Origin: Patescibacteria group bacterium
GTDB lineage: Bacteria > Patescibacteriota > Minisyncoccia > JAHIHE01 > JAGLIN01
Length of the DNA stretch: 64,000 bases
Assembly: GCA_041670805.1 (NCBI GenBank)
Contig: JBAXYM010000003.1
Coordinates: 16,406 to 80,405, forward strand
Direction of reading: 5' to 3'
The position numbers and the translations under genes are program-made. This document shows positions 29,378 to 40,300 of the stretch, piece after piece. The notes under the pieces were generated by a model. That model was not told where the DNA came from and did not search any database. It was given only the letters and a program-made list of their open reading frames with translations. Every line of letters starts with the position of its first letter. Position 1 is the first letter of the stretch.

Positions 29378-30646
29378 ATGAACAAAGAACACATTAAAAT
29401 TGAGATGGTTCCTATTGACCAGCTAAGGCTGTGCGAATACAATCCTCGGAACTTAAGCGAAAAAAGGGAGAAAGACCTAACCGAAAGCATTAAGAGATTC
29501 GGTCTAGTAGATGCCTTGATTGTGAATAAAAACATAAGCAGAAAGAATGTATTGATTGGCGGACACCAACGTTATGCCATCGCTAAAAAGCTGGGATATA
29601 CAGAAATGCCGGTGGTATTTGTAGATTTACCGCTAGAAAAAGAAAAAGAACTCAATTTGCGTTTAAATCGCAATACTGGGGAATGGAATCTGGATCTGCT
29701 GCGAGAGTTTGATATTGATTTACTCTTGGATATAGGCTTTGATGATAACGACCTAGCAGGTATCTGGGATGAGAATCTGGAGATAGAAGATGATAATTTT
29801 GACTCTGAAAAAGAATTAGAAAAAGCAAAAGAAACAGACATAAAGGTTGGAGACTATTTCGCCCTTGGAAATCATCGCCTCATTTGCGGAGACTCCACTG
29901 ATCTTGGCGTTGTTGAGAAATTGATGGATGGAAGTAAAGCAAACATGATATATTCAGATCCCCCTTTTAATATCGGGCTAGACTATGCCAAAGGCTTAGG
30001 AGGAAAGAGAAACTACGGAGGGAAAGTTAATGATAGTAAGAGCGACAGCGAGTATAAAGATTTTTTGAAAAAGACTATTTTAAATGCAATAACAGTGAGT
30101 AAAGAAGATTTGCATATTTTCTATTACTGCGATCAAAAATTTATCGGCATCCTTCAAGAACTGTATAGAGAGATCGGAATTGATAATAAGAGAGTGTGTT
30201 TGTGGGTGAAAAATGGGATCAATCCCACACCTGATATTGCTTTCAATAAATGCTATGAGCCTTGCGTCTATGGTATAAAAGGGAAACCATACTTGTCGGA
30301 TATCAAAAACCTAAACGAGATCCTAAACCATGAAGTCGGTACTGGGAATAGAACCATTGACGATATTCTAGATATGCTCGATATCTGGCTGGTTAAACGA
30401 TTGCCCGGCCAAGATTATGAACATCCTACAGAGAAAAGTCCCACTCTGCACGAAAAGGCGCTACGCAGATGCACGAAAGTGAATGATATTATTCTCGATC
30501 TTTTCGGGGGTTCCGGATCAACAATGTGCGCATGCCACCAGCTTAAAAGAAGATGTTTTACAGCAGAAATAAATCCTCTCTTTTGCCAACTAATTATTAA
30601 TCGCTTTGAAAAATATGCAAACACAAAAGCAAGAAAGCTCAATTAA
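29378..30646 (+). CDS. ParB-like domain + N4/N6 DNA methyltransferase (paralogue of 10866)
   Basis: YNPR, GGHQR, DPPFN, HPTEK, DLFGGSGS. Confidence 0.9.
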   Translation: MNKEHIKIEMVPIDQLRLCEYNPRNLSEKREKDLTESIKRFGLVDALIVNKNISRKNVLIGGHQRYAIAKKLGYTEMPVVFVDLPLEKEKELNLRLNRNTGEWNLDLLREFDIDLLLDIGFDDNDLAGIWDENLEIEDDNFDSEKELEKAKETDIKVGDYFALGNHRLICGDSTDLGVVEKLMDGSKANMIYSDPPFNIGLDYAKGLGGKRNYGGKVNDSKSDSEYKDFLKKTILNAITVSKEDLHIFYYCDQKFIGILQELYREIGIDNKRVCLWVKNGINPTPDIAFNKCYEPCVYGIKGKPYLSDIKNLNEILNHEVGTGNRTIDDILDMLDIWLVKRLPGQDYEHPTEKSPTLHEKALRRCTKVNDIILDLFGGSGSTMCACHQLKRRCFTAEINPLFCQLIINRFEKYANTKARKLN

Positions 30647-31370
30647 ATATGGGGAGATAATAAAACTGGGAGAACACAGATTATTATTTGGCGATGCCCG
30701 AGATGAAGAAAGTGTAAAGAAACTGATTGAAAATGATAAAATCAGAACAATTTTAACGGACATTCCGTATGGCATAGATTATGTGCAATCCAAGTCGGGG
30801 TTTAAACAGAATATTGCTAAGCCTAAAGAGATTGAAAATGATCAGACGCAAAGCGAAGCGGAATATATAGAATTTAATGAAAAATGGCTAAAGGCCATTA
30901 TTCCCTTCTTGGAGAAAAAGAACTCGATTTACATCTTCAATTCCGATAGGATGGTTTTTGCCTTAAGACAAGCGATGCTAAATAGCGGAATATATTTCTC
31001 TCAGCTTCTGGTTTGGGTAAAAAATAATGCTGTGATGGGAAGACTCAATTACCTTCCCATGCATGAGCTTATTGCCGTCGGATGGTACGGTACTCATCTC
31101 TTTAAAAAGAGCCAAGATAAAAGCATTCTTTTTTGTCCTAAACCCAATAAGAGCAAACTGCATCCTACCATGAAACCCGTGTCGCTTCTTCGCAGACTTA
31201 TTCTAAACAGCTCTAATATAGGCGATGTGATATATGATCCTTTCGGCGGATCAGGCTCACTTCTTATTGCCTGCGAACAAACAAAAAGAAAATGTTTAAT
31301 GGTAGAAATCGACGCGGAGTATTGCCAGACCATAATCGAGAGATATGACAGATTACCTAAGCGGAGATAA
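30606..31370 (+). CDS. N4/N6 DNA methyltransferase (paralogue of 12106)
   Basis: DIPYG, HPTMKP, DPFGGSGS. Confidence 0.88.
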   Translation: MKNMQTQKQESSIKYGEIIKLGEHRLLFGDARDEESVKKLIENDKIRTILTDIPYGIDYVQSKSGFKQNIAKPKEIENDQTQSEAEYIEFNEKWLKAIIPFLEKKNSIYIFNSDRMVFALRQAMLNSGIYFSQLLVWVKNNAVMGRLNYLPMHELIAVGWYGTHLFKKSQDKSILFCPKPNKSKLHPTMKPVSLLRRLILNSSNIGDVIYDPFGGSGSLLIACEQTKRKCLMVEIDAEYCQTIIERYDRLPKRR

Positions 31371-31388
31371 CATGTTAACCGAAATTTT

Positions 31389-31898
31389 ATGAACTCAGAT
31401 AAAACTAAGATTACATCGCTGAAGGATCTTAAGGAGAAACAAAAAAAGGAAATAGTGGAAGAGCTTAGAAAGACGCCCATCGTACAATATGCTTGTCAAA
31501 AATATAATGTTCCCAGATCCACCTTCTACAGATGGATGAAGAGCAGCAAGAAATTCAAGAAAGAAGTAAAGGCTGCTTTAACCGATGGATGTGATTTGAT
31601 TAATGACCTAGCAATATCTCAGCTCATTGGCAAGATAAAGAATGGTGACAATACAATGATAATCTTCTGGCTCAAATGTAAGCATCCTGACTTCCTCGAT
31701 GTAAGGCGCATTAATCATGTGATTACAGAAAGAAAAGAAAATCCAATGACCCCGGAGAAAAAGGCGCAAATTGCAAAAGCATTAAGGGGATGGCAATTGG
31801 GCAGAGAAGAGTTAAAATATCTAGCTCATAAATATGCTACGTTGCCCTCAGAGAAATCAGGGGAAAAAGAATCACGGGATAAAGATGAACAGTGTTAA
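31389..31898 (+). CDS. Terminase small subunit-like HTH protein (paralogue of 12878)
   Basis: KTPIVQYAC..STFYRW, NDLA.SQLI, FWLK. Confidence 0.72.
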   Translation: MNSDKTKITSLKDLKEKQKKEIVEELRKTPIVQYACQKYNVPRSTFYRWMKSSKKFKKEVKAALTDGCDLINDLAISQLIGKIKNGDNTMIIFWLKCKHPDFLDVRRINHVITERKENPMTPEKKAQIAKALRGWQLGREELKYLAHKYATLPSEKSGEKESRDKDEQC

Positions 31899-31906
31899 GC
31901 GGATTA

Positions 31907-32806
31907 CTAATCCAATGGCCAACCTTCTTTCAGTCCCTCATTGGTTATCGACTTTTCTTGATCTGTATTAATATTATATTTTGTCCTTATCGCCGAAACG
32001 TATTTTTCCCTTAATTCGCTAAATTTCGCATCATTACTTTCATAATTTGTTGGAAATAATCTATTCGCTTCTTGTCGTGCTTTGTCTTCTGCCGCTACAA
32101 TCTCTTTATAAAGCTGTCTTCTTTGTTGCTCAGTCAATCCATAAAGAGTTTCCTCTTTCCCTCTCTGACTAAGATATTCGTCCAGATCATCTCTCTTATC
32201 AACTGTAATTGTATAGGATGTCCTGTCATTGCCTACTGCAATGACAGGAGTAACATTGCCCAAATCGCCTAAAGGAGCCCAGACGGCAGTTGCTACGTCA
32301 TACGCTCCGTCACTAATAGCTAATTCTTTATCGCTATATAGAAATAAAATAATCTCATCAATACCGCTATCTTTTGAGATTATATCGCTTATGATCTTGT
32401 TGACAGTTGAATCGACTTGATTTTCTTTTATCGTCGAAGGAACAACGATCTGATACTTTATTTTCTTATTAGTAGGCAGAGCCGCTAATTCGCTCGCGCT
32501 AAAATCTGATAAATTCTTATCGCCCATGGCTTTTCTGCTCAAATCTTCTTCTTTGACAATTTCATAATTTGTCGAGATACCCACAGCTGAAGTACTAATA
32601 GTCGATTGAGTTTGGTTAGAATTAATATCTTCGGAAGATACAGATTCGAGTACGGAGAATAAGAAAAGGATGAAGATAAAAGCCAGAAATATTTTTGGTC
32701 TAGTAGCTCCATGCTTAAACGACTTTTCAAAAATGGACGGCCTAATCAAACCGATTATCATTGTTACGAATACCAAAAATTCCAAGAACGCATACACGCT
32801 TAACAT
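31907..32806 (-). CDS. Membrane-anchored hypothetical protein
   Basis: 299-aa ORF with two N-terminal hydrophobic segments. Confidence 0.75.
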   Translation of the reverse strand: MLSVYAFLEFLVFVTMIIGLIRPSIFEKSFKHGATRPKIFLAFIFILFLFSVLESVSSEDINSNQTQSTISTSAVGISTNYEIVKEEDLSRKAMGDKNLSDFSASELAALPTNKKIKYQIVVPSTIKENQVDSTVNKIISDIISKDSGIDEIILFLYSDKELAISDGAYDVATAVWAPLGDLGNVTPVIAVGNDRTSYTITVDKRDDLDEYLSQRGKEETLYGLTEQQRRQLYKEIVAAEDKARQEANRLFPTNYESNDAKFSELREKYVSAIRTKYNINTDQEKSITNEGLKEGWPLD

Positions 32807-33000
32807 AGTTTTGTAGGATAGGTTTTTTAAATTGTTTCTGGCTCAGAATACAAAAAGGGTCTTCCGAACCAGCTGGTGAATCCTTCCGGAGACACCACTA
32901 CCTCCTTTCGAAGATAGACCTATCCTACAAGTACTAGTCAGAAGACCGTTGCTATGTAGGATAGGATTTGATTACCATGCCCTGACCGAAGCCAGAGTTT
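32807..33000 (-). ncRNA. Candidate C4/CI-like antisense or attenuator RNA
   Basis: CCTATCCTACA a-a'-a arrangement; closing stem 32858-32872/32934-32947; two GNRA-loop hairpins; U-tract. Confidence 0.55.
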
Positions 33001-33067
33001 AGGCAATTTATGAGTATATAGTAGCACAAATATAGAAAATGGGAAGTCTTAGTTACCTACAGTTTAT

Positions 33068-34171
33068 CTACTTACCTTTAGTCTTTTTCTTGAAGTCATT
33101 TTCGACTAGTTTCAAGAGATTTTCTTCGCCTTCTACGCCTTTTAGCCTTCCTTGAAGAAAACCAAGGCGATAGTCAATTCCGCTACTCATTAATCTCCAG
33201 TTTGTTGGCGCGAGAGTTTCCTTTATAAGTCTTTGCAGATTATGAACGCTGTCATATTTTTCTCGAACCGGTTTATTATCTTGTAAAGTAAAACCTAAAA
33301 TAATATCCTTTTTAAACTCAGGCTTTTCAAACTCAAGTTTAATATAACTATTATTTTCAACTACAGGATTAAGAAGATTTTGCAGTTCTGCTATAGTAAG
33401 CTTCTTTATTCTGCTAACAGCATCATAAACATCTTTGTTCTCTTTTTCGTCTTTATATTTCTCAACAAGTTTTCCCATCTGTTCTGCTCGGCTTATAATT
33501 TCATATCCTTCTTGTTCGGAAATGCAATATTTCTTTCGGTTGGCTTCAAAATTGGGATCTATCTTTTCCTCTTTTCTCTCATTTAAATCCCATGTGTCGG
33601 TTTCCACATGACCACAATGTGAACAAGAGTATGCGTGAGCAATAATATCTTTCTCTCTTTTACTTTCTGTTTGCACTTCAAAATTACATTTTATACAAGT
33701 TGGCTTATGTTCCCATTCTGTTCTATCTTCCCAATAACCCCGGCGTTTTCCGCACTTAGCACATTCAAACATAAATAGCACCTCTTCTTTTCCCTTATGA
33801 TTATTCAAAAGATCTCGTGATATGCAGTTTTCCAAAAGTGAGCTACAGCCTAAGCATCGAACGCCTTGTGGTTCTTTGGCATTAATAATTTTCTCGTCTT
33901 TCTCTTTGTCTCGTTTCATCCATTCTTGAATTGTTTCAGATTTTTTAGAGGCACGCTCTGCTTTAATGAAATATAGGGCGATAGGTATGACTGAGTTGTA
34001 AAAACATCTTTCCTTAGCTTCTTCGATTTCCTTTTCTTTGCCTTCTAGTTTAGAAATGTCTTTAGAATATTGGCGCTTCTCCCACCACTGGCATTTTTCG
34101 ATAGTAAACTTATCGTAAAGTTCACTGTAATAAAGTTGATCCTTTAAGTGGATATATGGTCTATCGTTCAT
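33068..34171 (-). CDS. Multi-Zn-ribbon hypothetical protein
   Basis: Four CxxC pairs (CLGC, CAKC, CIKC, CSHC). Confidence 0.75.
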   Translation of the reverse strand: MNDRPYIHLKDQLYYSELYDKFTIEKCQWWEKRQYSKDISKLEGKEKEIEEAKERCFYNSVIPIALYFIKAERASKKSETIQEWMKRDKEKDEKIINAKEPQGVRCLGCSSLLENCISRDLLNNHKGKEEVLFMFECAKCGKRRGYWEDRTEWEHKPTCIKCNFEVQTESKREKDIIAHAYSCSHCGHVETDTWDLNERKEEKIDPNFEANRKKYCISEQEGYEIISRAEQMGKLVEKYKDEKENKDVYDAVSRIKKLTIAELQNLLNPVVENNSYIKLEFEKPEFKKDIILGFTLQDNKPVREKYDSVHNLQRLIKETLAPTNWRLMSSGIDYRLGFLQGRLKGVEGEENLLKLVENDFKKKTKGK

Positions 34172-34248
34172 ATAATTATATTATTGTGTTACCTAAACAC
34201 ATTATTTTATCTGATATTGGCTAGGATGGCTAGCCATTTTAACAATAA

Positions 34249-34268
34249 TAACCACTTATAAGTGGTTA
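34249..34268. promoter_or_regulatory. Perfect 20-bp palindrome (possible operator)
   Basis: TAACCACTTATAAGTGGTTA upstream of the Zn-ribbon gene. Confidence 0.5.
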
Positions 34269-34293
34269 CTTTAACTGTTTGGAGTATTATAAT

Positions 34294-34722
34294 CTAACGA
34301 TAATATCTCTTTTTGTGATATCGTCGTCCGCTTGGTTCCCAAAGATAAGGCCAGAATCCAGATAGATGTAACAACAATCCCGATGAAATAAATACAACAA
34401 GATGGATTTCGTATGGCCATACCATGCAATATACAGAATCACCAAATAATTTCTCAAAGGATAAAAGTAGTAATGCTTGCAAACCTGTGTAAGTACCACT
34501 GCCAACAAAACGATTGAAGGACGGAGAAAAACCATTTTTAGAATTGTAGTGAAACGTACCATTTCGGGTTAATATTTCCCAAGCGATCCATATAAAGAGA
34601 AATATAAGTATAACAAGCCAATACCATGGCCATAGTGTATAGATTATCTGCCATAAAAATGAAGATGCGGATGAAGCAAATGGAATAGAAACTATGGAAC
34701 AAATATCACCTACTGAAAACAT
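34294..34722 (-). CDS. Small membrane protein
   Basis: 142 aa, Trp-rich hydrophobic helices. Confidence 0.65.
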   Translation of the reverse strand: MFSVGDICSIVSIPFASSASSFLWQIIYTLWPWYWLVILIFLFIWIAWEILTRNGTFHYNSKNGFSPSFNRFVGSGTYTGLQALLLLSFEKLFGDSVYCMVWPYEIHLVVFISSGLLLHLSGFWPYLWEPSGRRYHKKRYYR

Positions 34723-34765
34723 CCTCTTAGTATTAATTTATTATTTTGAATTGTTAATTATATAT

Positions 34766-37141
34766 CTATAACCCTAATTTTATGTATCTATCAATCTGAC
34801 CCTTAAGTTCATGCCATGAAGTTTGACCGTCTTTCGGAAAATGTGCCAACCCTCCAGTATTACAGTAAGAATATATTTCTCTAATATCCTCTATTTTACT
34901 AACAACATCTTTTACTCTACCACTTTGTATAGCATCAAGTATATATTCAAATTTATCTTCAGAATAACCCAAATGACGATCCTTGATTTCCTCTAAGCAG
35001 TAACGGAGTTTTTGTCCATAAATTACTATCATATCATCAGTTCCAGAAACAGAATTAACATTTCGAAAGTCATTTCTAAATGTTGAATAAATCGTATACA
35101 ATTCTTTAGGCCTAAAATGTATTGATGAGGAAGCTGATTTTAATATATAATAGAAGTTTCTAGATTGTCCTAGTGCTTTATTGCAAAATTTTAGACAATA
35201 GCACCTAAAAAGCGAATCGCATGTAAAAATGAATGATTGATTATAATTTATAGCTTCTTTATATATTTGTTCAGCGGCCTGTTTTCTTTTACCTGCATCA
35301 AAACAGTTGATCGGATCATCAAATACAACAATCTTTTTATTTTTATTTTGTTGCTTGTTAAGATCAGCAAGAAAATAACTGATTGCAATGGCTTGTTTTT
35401 CCCCTTCACTTAACTCATTTAATCTGTCTTTACTATTATACACAACCTCCAAACCACAAGTAACATCACCAATACGAAGGTCGTATTTCGGGTGGGATCC
35501 TATTATCTTCAACTTCAATTCAGGACAGAAGATATTAAGATTCTTCTCTATTTCACCAAAATGTATGTCCACAAAAGTTTTAAAACTATATTCGACTTTT
35601 TTTCTAAGGGAATCAAATATTTGCCTAAGCTGTCTTATTACTTCCTTATTATCAGCTATTTTTGCTTCACATTTAAAAATATTTATTAAAGCTAAATAAT
35701 TTTTGCAAACAAATATCTCATAATTATTCTTTTCTAATTCAGAGGCTAAGTCGTTCTTTTGTTTTTCTAAAGCGCCGGAATCAATATCCAATTTTATCTT
35801 CAGTAATTTCGATTTAACTTCTTCAATAACTAGGTTGTATGCCTGAATTTTTCCATTAACATCATTTATAGCTTCCGTTATTGACGTAATATCAGCAGTA
35901 GCCTTAATCGTAATATTCCTAAGTTTACTATCAGTATTAGCAATCTCTTTTTTAAATATTTCCACTTGCGCATCAGTCAAGGAAAGATCGGGTAAAATGA
36001 ATTCTGTTCCAATAAGCTTATTAACGCATGTTATTACGTCTAAGTTATTATTTGGATTTTTAGTACCCAATATGTTCAATATGTGTGTTTTATATGCTTC
36101 AAGTGTTCTTATGGTCTTATCTTGGTTTTTTATAAATTCAGCATCAAAGATCTTTTCATACTCGCTGATTGGATCAATATATCCATTCTTATCTTTAATT
36201 CCTTGCTTGCAGAAAGGACAAATATCAAGTTTTTCTTTATTTATGATATCCGCACCTTCTCTGATAAAATTTTCCTTTTTGTTTATTTCTACAATTGTTC
36301 TAGCCGCAGACAATCCAATGGTAAAATTAAAGGCAGATTCTACTTTATTTTTATCAGGATGTACCAAAGTATTAAAAGTATCCGGTTCTACTATTTTTTT
36401 AATTTCTTCCGATTGAGATAAACTTTTCACTATTTTCTGTATGTCGCTTGATAAAATGAGTGACTGTTTTTCTATATCATCGATTTGATCTTGTAATTTG
36501 TCGGGACTCCCTTCAGTTATATTCAAAACAGCTTTTTTGACTTCATCTTGTCCATAAACAGATGTAATCGAAGAATAACTAGTGTCGTTTTTTATCCCTA
36601 GACCACGATTAACCTTTTCTAATTTATCAATCAGCTGAGATAGATTATCAAGTTGGACTTTATATTGAAAGAAATCACCTAGATATAGCATCAATTTACC
36701 TGTGTTTTTATTATGATTTGCATCCCTGCCAGTTCGAGAAGAATGTATGAAATTTTCTATAAAATCTCTATCGAAAAATAAAATCTTATCTTTGAGAGAA
36801 TCATTTTGTATGCCGTTTACGTCATCATAATTAATTGCACCAGAATCAGTTTCAATAACAAAAGAACTTGTATCACCTTCATGATCCCAATGTTTCTTTA
36901 AAGATTCCCCTGAATCAGTATTTAAGCTTTTAAAAATTTTTACAATAGTGGTCTTGCCAGCACCATTTTCTCCAAAAAATACGTTATGTTTATTAAATTC
37001 ATTTTTTATTACCTTAGGATTCCCGTTTTTGTTTGATATAGGTTGTCCGTGTGCATCAAAAACTAGTGAGGGATTTGAAGAGTCCCAATCAAAGAGGAAA
37101 AACGAACCAATATTGCTAATCGTCGTTAGTTTACTTATCAT
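34766..37141 (-). CDS. AAA_13/RloC-like SMC-type ABC ATPase
   Basis: GENGAGKT, CPFC zinc hook, LSEGE signature, VFDDP; start set at MISKL. Confidence 0.82.
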   Translation of the reverse strand: MISKLTTISNIGSFFLFDWDSSNPSLVFDAHGQPISNKNGNPKVIKNEFNKHNVFFGENGAGKTTIVKIFKSLNTDSGESLKKHWDHEGDTSSFVIETDSGAINYDDVNGIQNDSLKDKILFFDRDFIENFIHSSRTGRDANHNKNTGKLMLYLGDFFQYKVQLDNLSQLIDKLEKVNRGLGIKNDTSYSSITSVYGQDEVKKAVLNITEGSPDKLQDQIDDIEKQSLILSSDIQKIVKSLSQSEEIKKIVEPDTFNTLVHPDKNKVESAFNFTIGLSAARTIVEINKKENFIREGADIINKEKLDICPFCKQGIKDKNGYIDPISEYEKIFDAEFIKNQDKTIRTLEAYKTHILNILGTKNPNNNLDVITCVNKLIGTEFILPDLSLTDAQVEIFKKEIANTDSKLRNITIKATADITSITEAINDVNGKIQAYNLVIEEVKSKLLKIKLDIDSGALEKQKNDLASELEKNNYEIFVCKNYLALINIFKCEAKIADNKEVIRQLRQIFDSLRKKVEYSFKTFVDIHFGEIEKNLNIFCPELKLKIIGSHPKYDLRIGDVTCGLEVVYNSKDRLNELSEGEKQAIAISYFLADLNKQQNKNKKIVVFDDPINCFDAGKRKQAAEQIYKEAINYNQSFIFTCDSLFRCYCLKFCNKALGQSRNFYYILKSASSSIHFRPKELYTIYSTFRNDFRNVNSVSGTDDMIVIYGQKLRYCLEEIKDRHLGYSEDKFEYILDAIQSGRVKDVVSKIEDIREIYSYCNTGGLAHFPKDGQTSWHELKGQIDRYIKLGL

Positions 37142-37295
37142 TTTCTTTTTGTTGCTCGACCCAGAAATGGCCATCAGAGATTAACCTTTTTTCTAATTCT
37201 TCTGAGGTATCCTCTAAGCTGATAAGGCTTTCAGCTAGAGATTTTAAGCCATTATCCTGAGTTTCGGATATAAAATTTATTAATAGATCGTCCAT
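37131..37295 (-). CDS. Small acidic ORF (54 aa) overlapping the ATPase start
   Basis: Hand translation MDDLLINFISETQDNGLKSLAESLISLEDTSEELEKRLISDGHFWVEQQKENDK; ATGATAAGTAA start/stop overlap. Confidence 0.5.
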   Translation of the reverse strand: MDDLLINFISETQDNGLKSLAESLISLEDTSEELEKRLISDGHFWVEQQKENDK

Positions 37296-37375
37296 GTAGT
37301 TAAGAATCTAGTTTATTTAATTACTCAATTAATGGGGCATATAACATTTTTACTTTGATCAATATTCGCCCCATT

Positions 37376-40300
37376 TTATTTTTCCAATGATTCTACAAAT
37401 CTTAATAATTTTTTAATCTCTCCTTCTTTATCTTGGAACCAATTCGTTGACCAAATACGATAAACAATGAAGCCCATATTTTCCAGTTCTTTCTGTCTAT
37501 ACATATCATAAGCATAGGCTTCTTCTGAAGAATGGTATGCTTTTCCGTCACACTCTAAAACTACGTCCTTAGACCCTGTCTTAATCACAAAATCTAATCG
37601 AAAGCCGCCAACCTTATATTGTTGAATGATATTGTCTTTTTCAAAATGATCTAATAATAATTCATAAACTTCTTCTTCAAATGGAGATTCAGATAAACCA
37701 TCTGTGCTAGAGATGATTCTAGGTTTTTCGAAACTTTGTGTTTTTAACAGTTTCAATATATTATCAGCACATTCATTGTCATGATTCGAGATTGCTTCGG
37801 CATAAGCCAAATACGCGTACAAAATGCCTTTCTTGTTATTGCCTTCGTTTTTTATTATTTCAGAATAGGCAAGGTATTTATCCTTTGGAATAGAAGTACA
37901 TACATAAAGCTTATGCTTTGCTCTCGTAATCAAAACATTCAATAATTTATACCCCTCGATCCTATTCAATCGCGCAAAATTCTGAGAAAACGTTCCATCT
38001 GGTTTAATTCCATAAGTAGTTGAAATGATTATAATGTCTTTTTCGTCACCCTGGATATTTTCCAGATTTTTAACAAATAAGCCTCTCTCCCTTAACTCCT
38101 GAAGTTTTATTGCAAACTCAGAATCATTTTCAGCCACCTCGTTTAAAGCTTCCGTTATCAAATTTCTTTGATTTATATTGAAAGTCGCTATTCCCACGGA
38201 TGGATATTTGCCTTTTTGGTCAGGATGGATCTCATCTCGGATAATTTTCAGGATTTCGGCTATTTCGGCAGGATTAGTTCTTGTTTCATACCTACCATTT
38301 ACAGCTCTGAATTCAATGGGTTTATAAACTTCTTGAGCAGGAAAAGAAATCAAGTTGCCTCCATAAAATGCGCTATTGGAAAATTCGATAAGGGCCGGAT
38401 GGTTTGATCTATAATGAAAGTCCAAATATGACTTATTGATATTTTGTAGATCCGTCGCATATTGGAGCAAAGACTCACTCTCAGCAAGAACATTCTGTTC
38501 ATCCTCTTCGTTAAAAACATCATCGTTATCTTCTTTTTCTTCAAGATCAAGCGCTTCAATCGTACTTTGAAAATAATTTGATGGTGGCATTTGATGTTCA
38601 TCTCCGGCAATAATTTTATATTGTCCCCGAATTAAACTTGTGAAAGTATCAGGTATTCTAAGCTGACTTGCCTCATCAAAGATAACAATATTAAAAAGTC
38701 CCTGTTTGAGAGGCAAAATCGCATTTGCGGCGGCAGGATTTGTTAAGATTACTGGAAATAATGTTGTAAACAAATCGAAATCTTTTTCAATTATATTTCT
38801 TAACGAATTCTTCGGACCAGCATTGTTTCTTCTTAAGTTATAGAGAGTATTAAAATTAAAAGTAATTTCAGACAGCTTGTGATTTCTATTATCGTTCCAA
38901 ACGGATTTGATTTGCTTAATTTGTTGCTTTTCTAGCTCTTTGTATAGAACAGTTAATTGTTGTAATTTGGAATCAGATTTGTGGAAACCTATACCTGTAT
39001 TAGATTCATAATTCAAAAGTGCCCCTCGATAATACCAAGCATTGAAGATGTTTTTCCAATTTTCTACTGGGAATCTCTTAAAAGCTGATAAGATTTGCAA
39101 TTCAAATTCATTCTTATTACTGCAAAAATATTTCCAATTATGAAAACTTTCGTACGAATCCAGGTAACTTTTTATTTTCTCAATCTTATTTTTAAGTTCT
39201 AAATAATATTTGCATACCGATTCATGACTTCCTAAATCGCCATAATTTATCAATTCAAAATCAAAGATTTCATCTTTCTTAATTTTAGCTAAATTCGTCT
39301 CTGCTTGTTTCAGTTTAATTTCGATAGCTTGTATCATTTTGATTTTGGATTCAGCACTCCTAACTTTAGATAAGACCTCAGATACATTACTTTTCAACTG
39401 CTCATATGAATTATATTCTTTGAAATCTGGCATTTTCCGTATTTCAAAATTAAACTTTTCCATTTCCAAAATAGATTTCGATACAGAATCATACAATACA
39501 GAAATTTTCTTTCTGATAGTGAAAATTTTTCTATTTTCAGCATTGGCAATAGATGAAAGACTAAGCAATAGATCCTGCCAATAACCTTTACTATTAAAAC
39601 TGCTACGATTTAAAGCAATACCTTGCTCATATAAATTAATAATTTCTTCTAGATTTTCTATAGCATTTAGTACGACAGCGCCACTTTCCTCTACAGTTTT
39701 TGGCACAAATAGAGAAACATTCTTTTCTTCACAGTCATTCTGCTCCTTGTTCGATAAGAATAAATATATGTTTTCTATAATTTCTAGGAATTTACTTGTC
39801 TCATCTTTTATTTTTTCCTGCGTTGCCCATTTATATCCTATTGAAAATAGACGATGATCTAGCATTTGAAAAATTCCTTCCGCATTGTTTTCTAAATCGC
39901 CAAAGAGAAAACTGCCTTCTTCCACTAGTGATAAATAAGTTGAATACTCTTTATGGCTAAATTCTAACTTTCTATAATCTAATATTGAATTTATCTGATC
40001 TATATCTCCAGATTTTGAAAATCTCAGATATAATCCTATCAACTGTTTCCACGAAAAATCACCGAAAACTTTTTTTAGTGATTCGGCATGCTTTGAATTT
40101 ATTTCTCCTTTAAGCTGACAGAATTTATTATATTTATCATTAAATTCTGATTCGGAAAATAAAGTATTATGTGAGCATTCTTTAATATTTCTAGCCCTTT
40201 CGATAGTCTTTTTTCTGTCTTTATTCACATCGTCGATAACCATTGAAAAATCTTCTAGTCCTATCTTTTCTAAATTTGCATGGATAACATCAAGAGCAGT

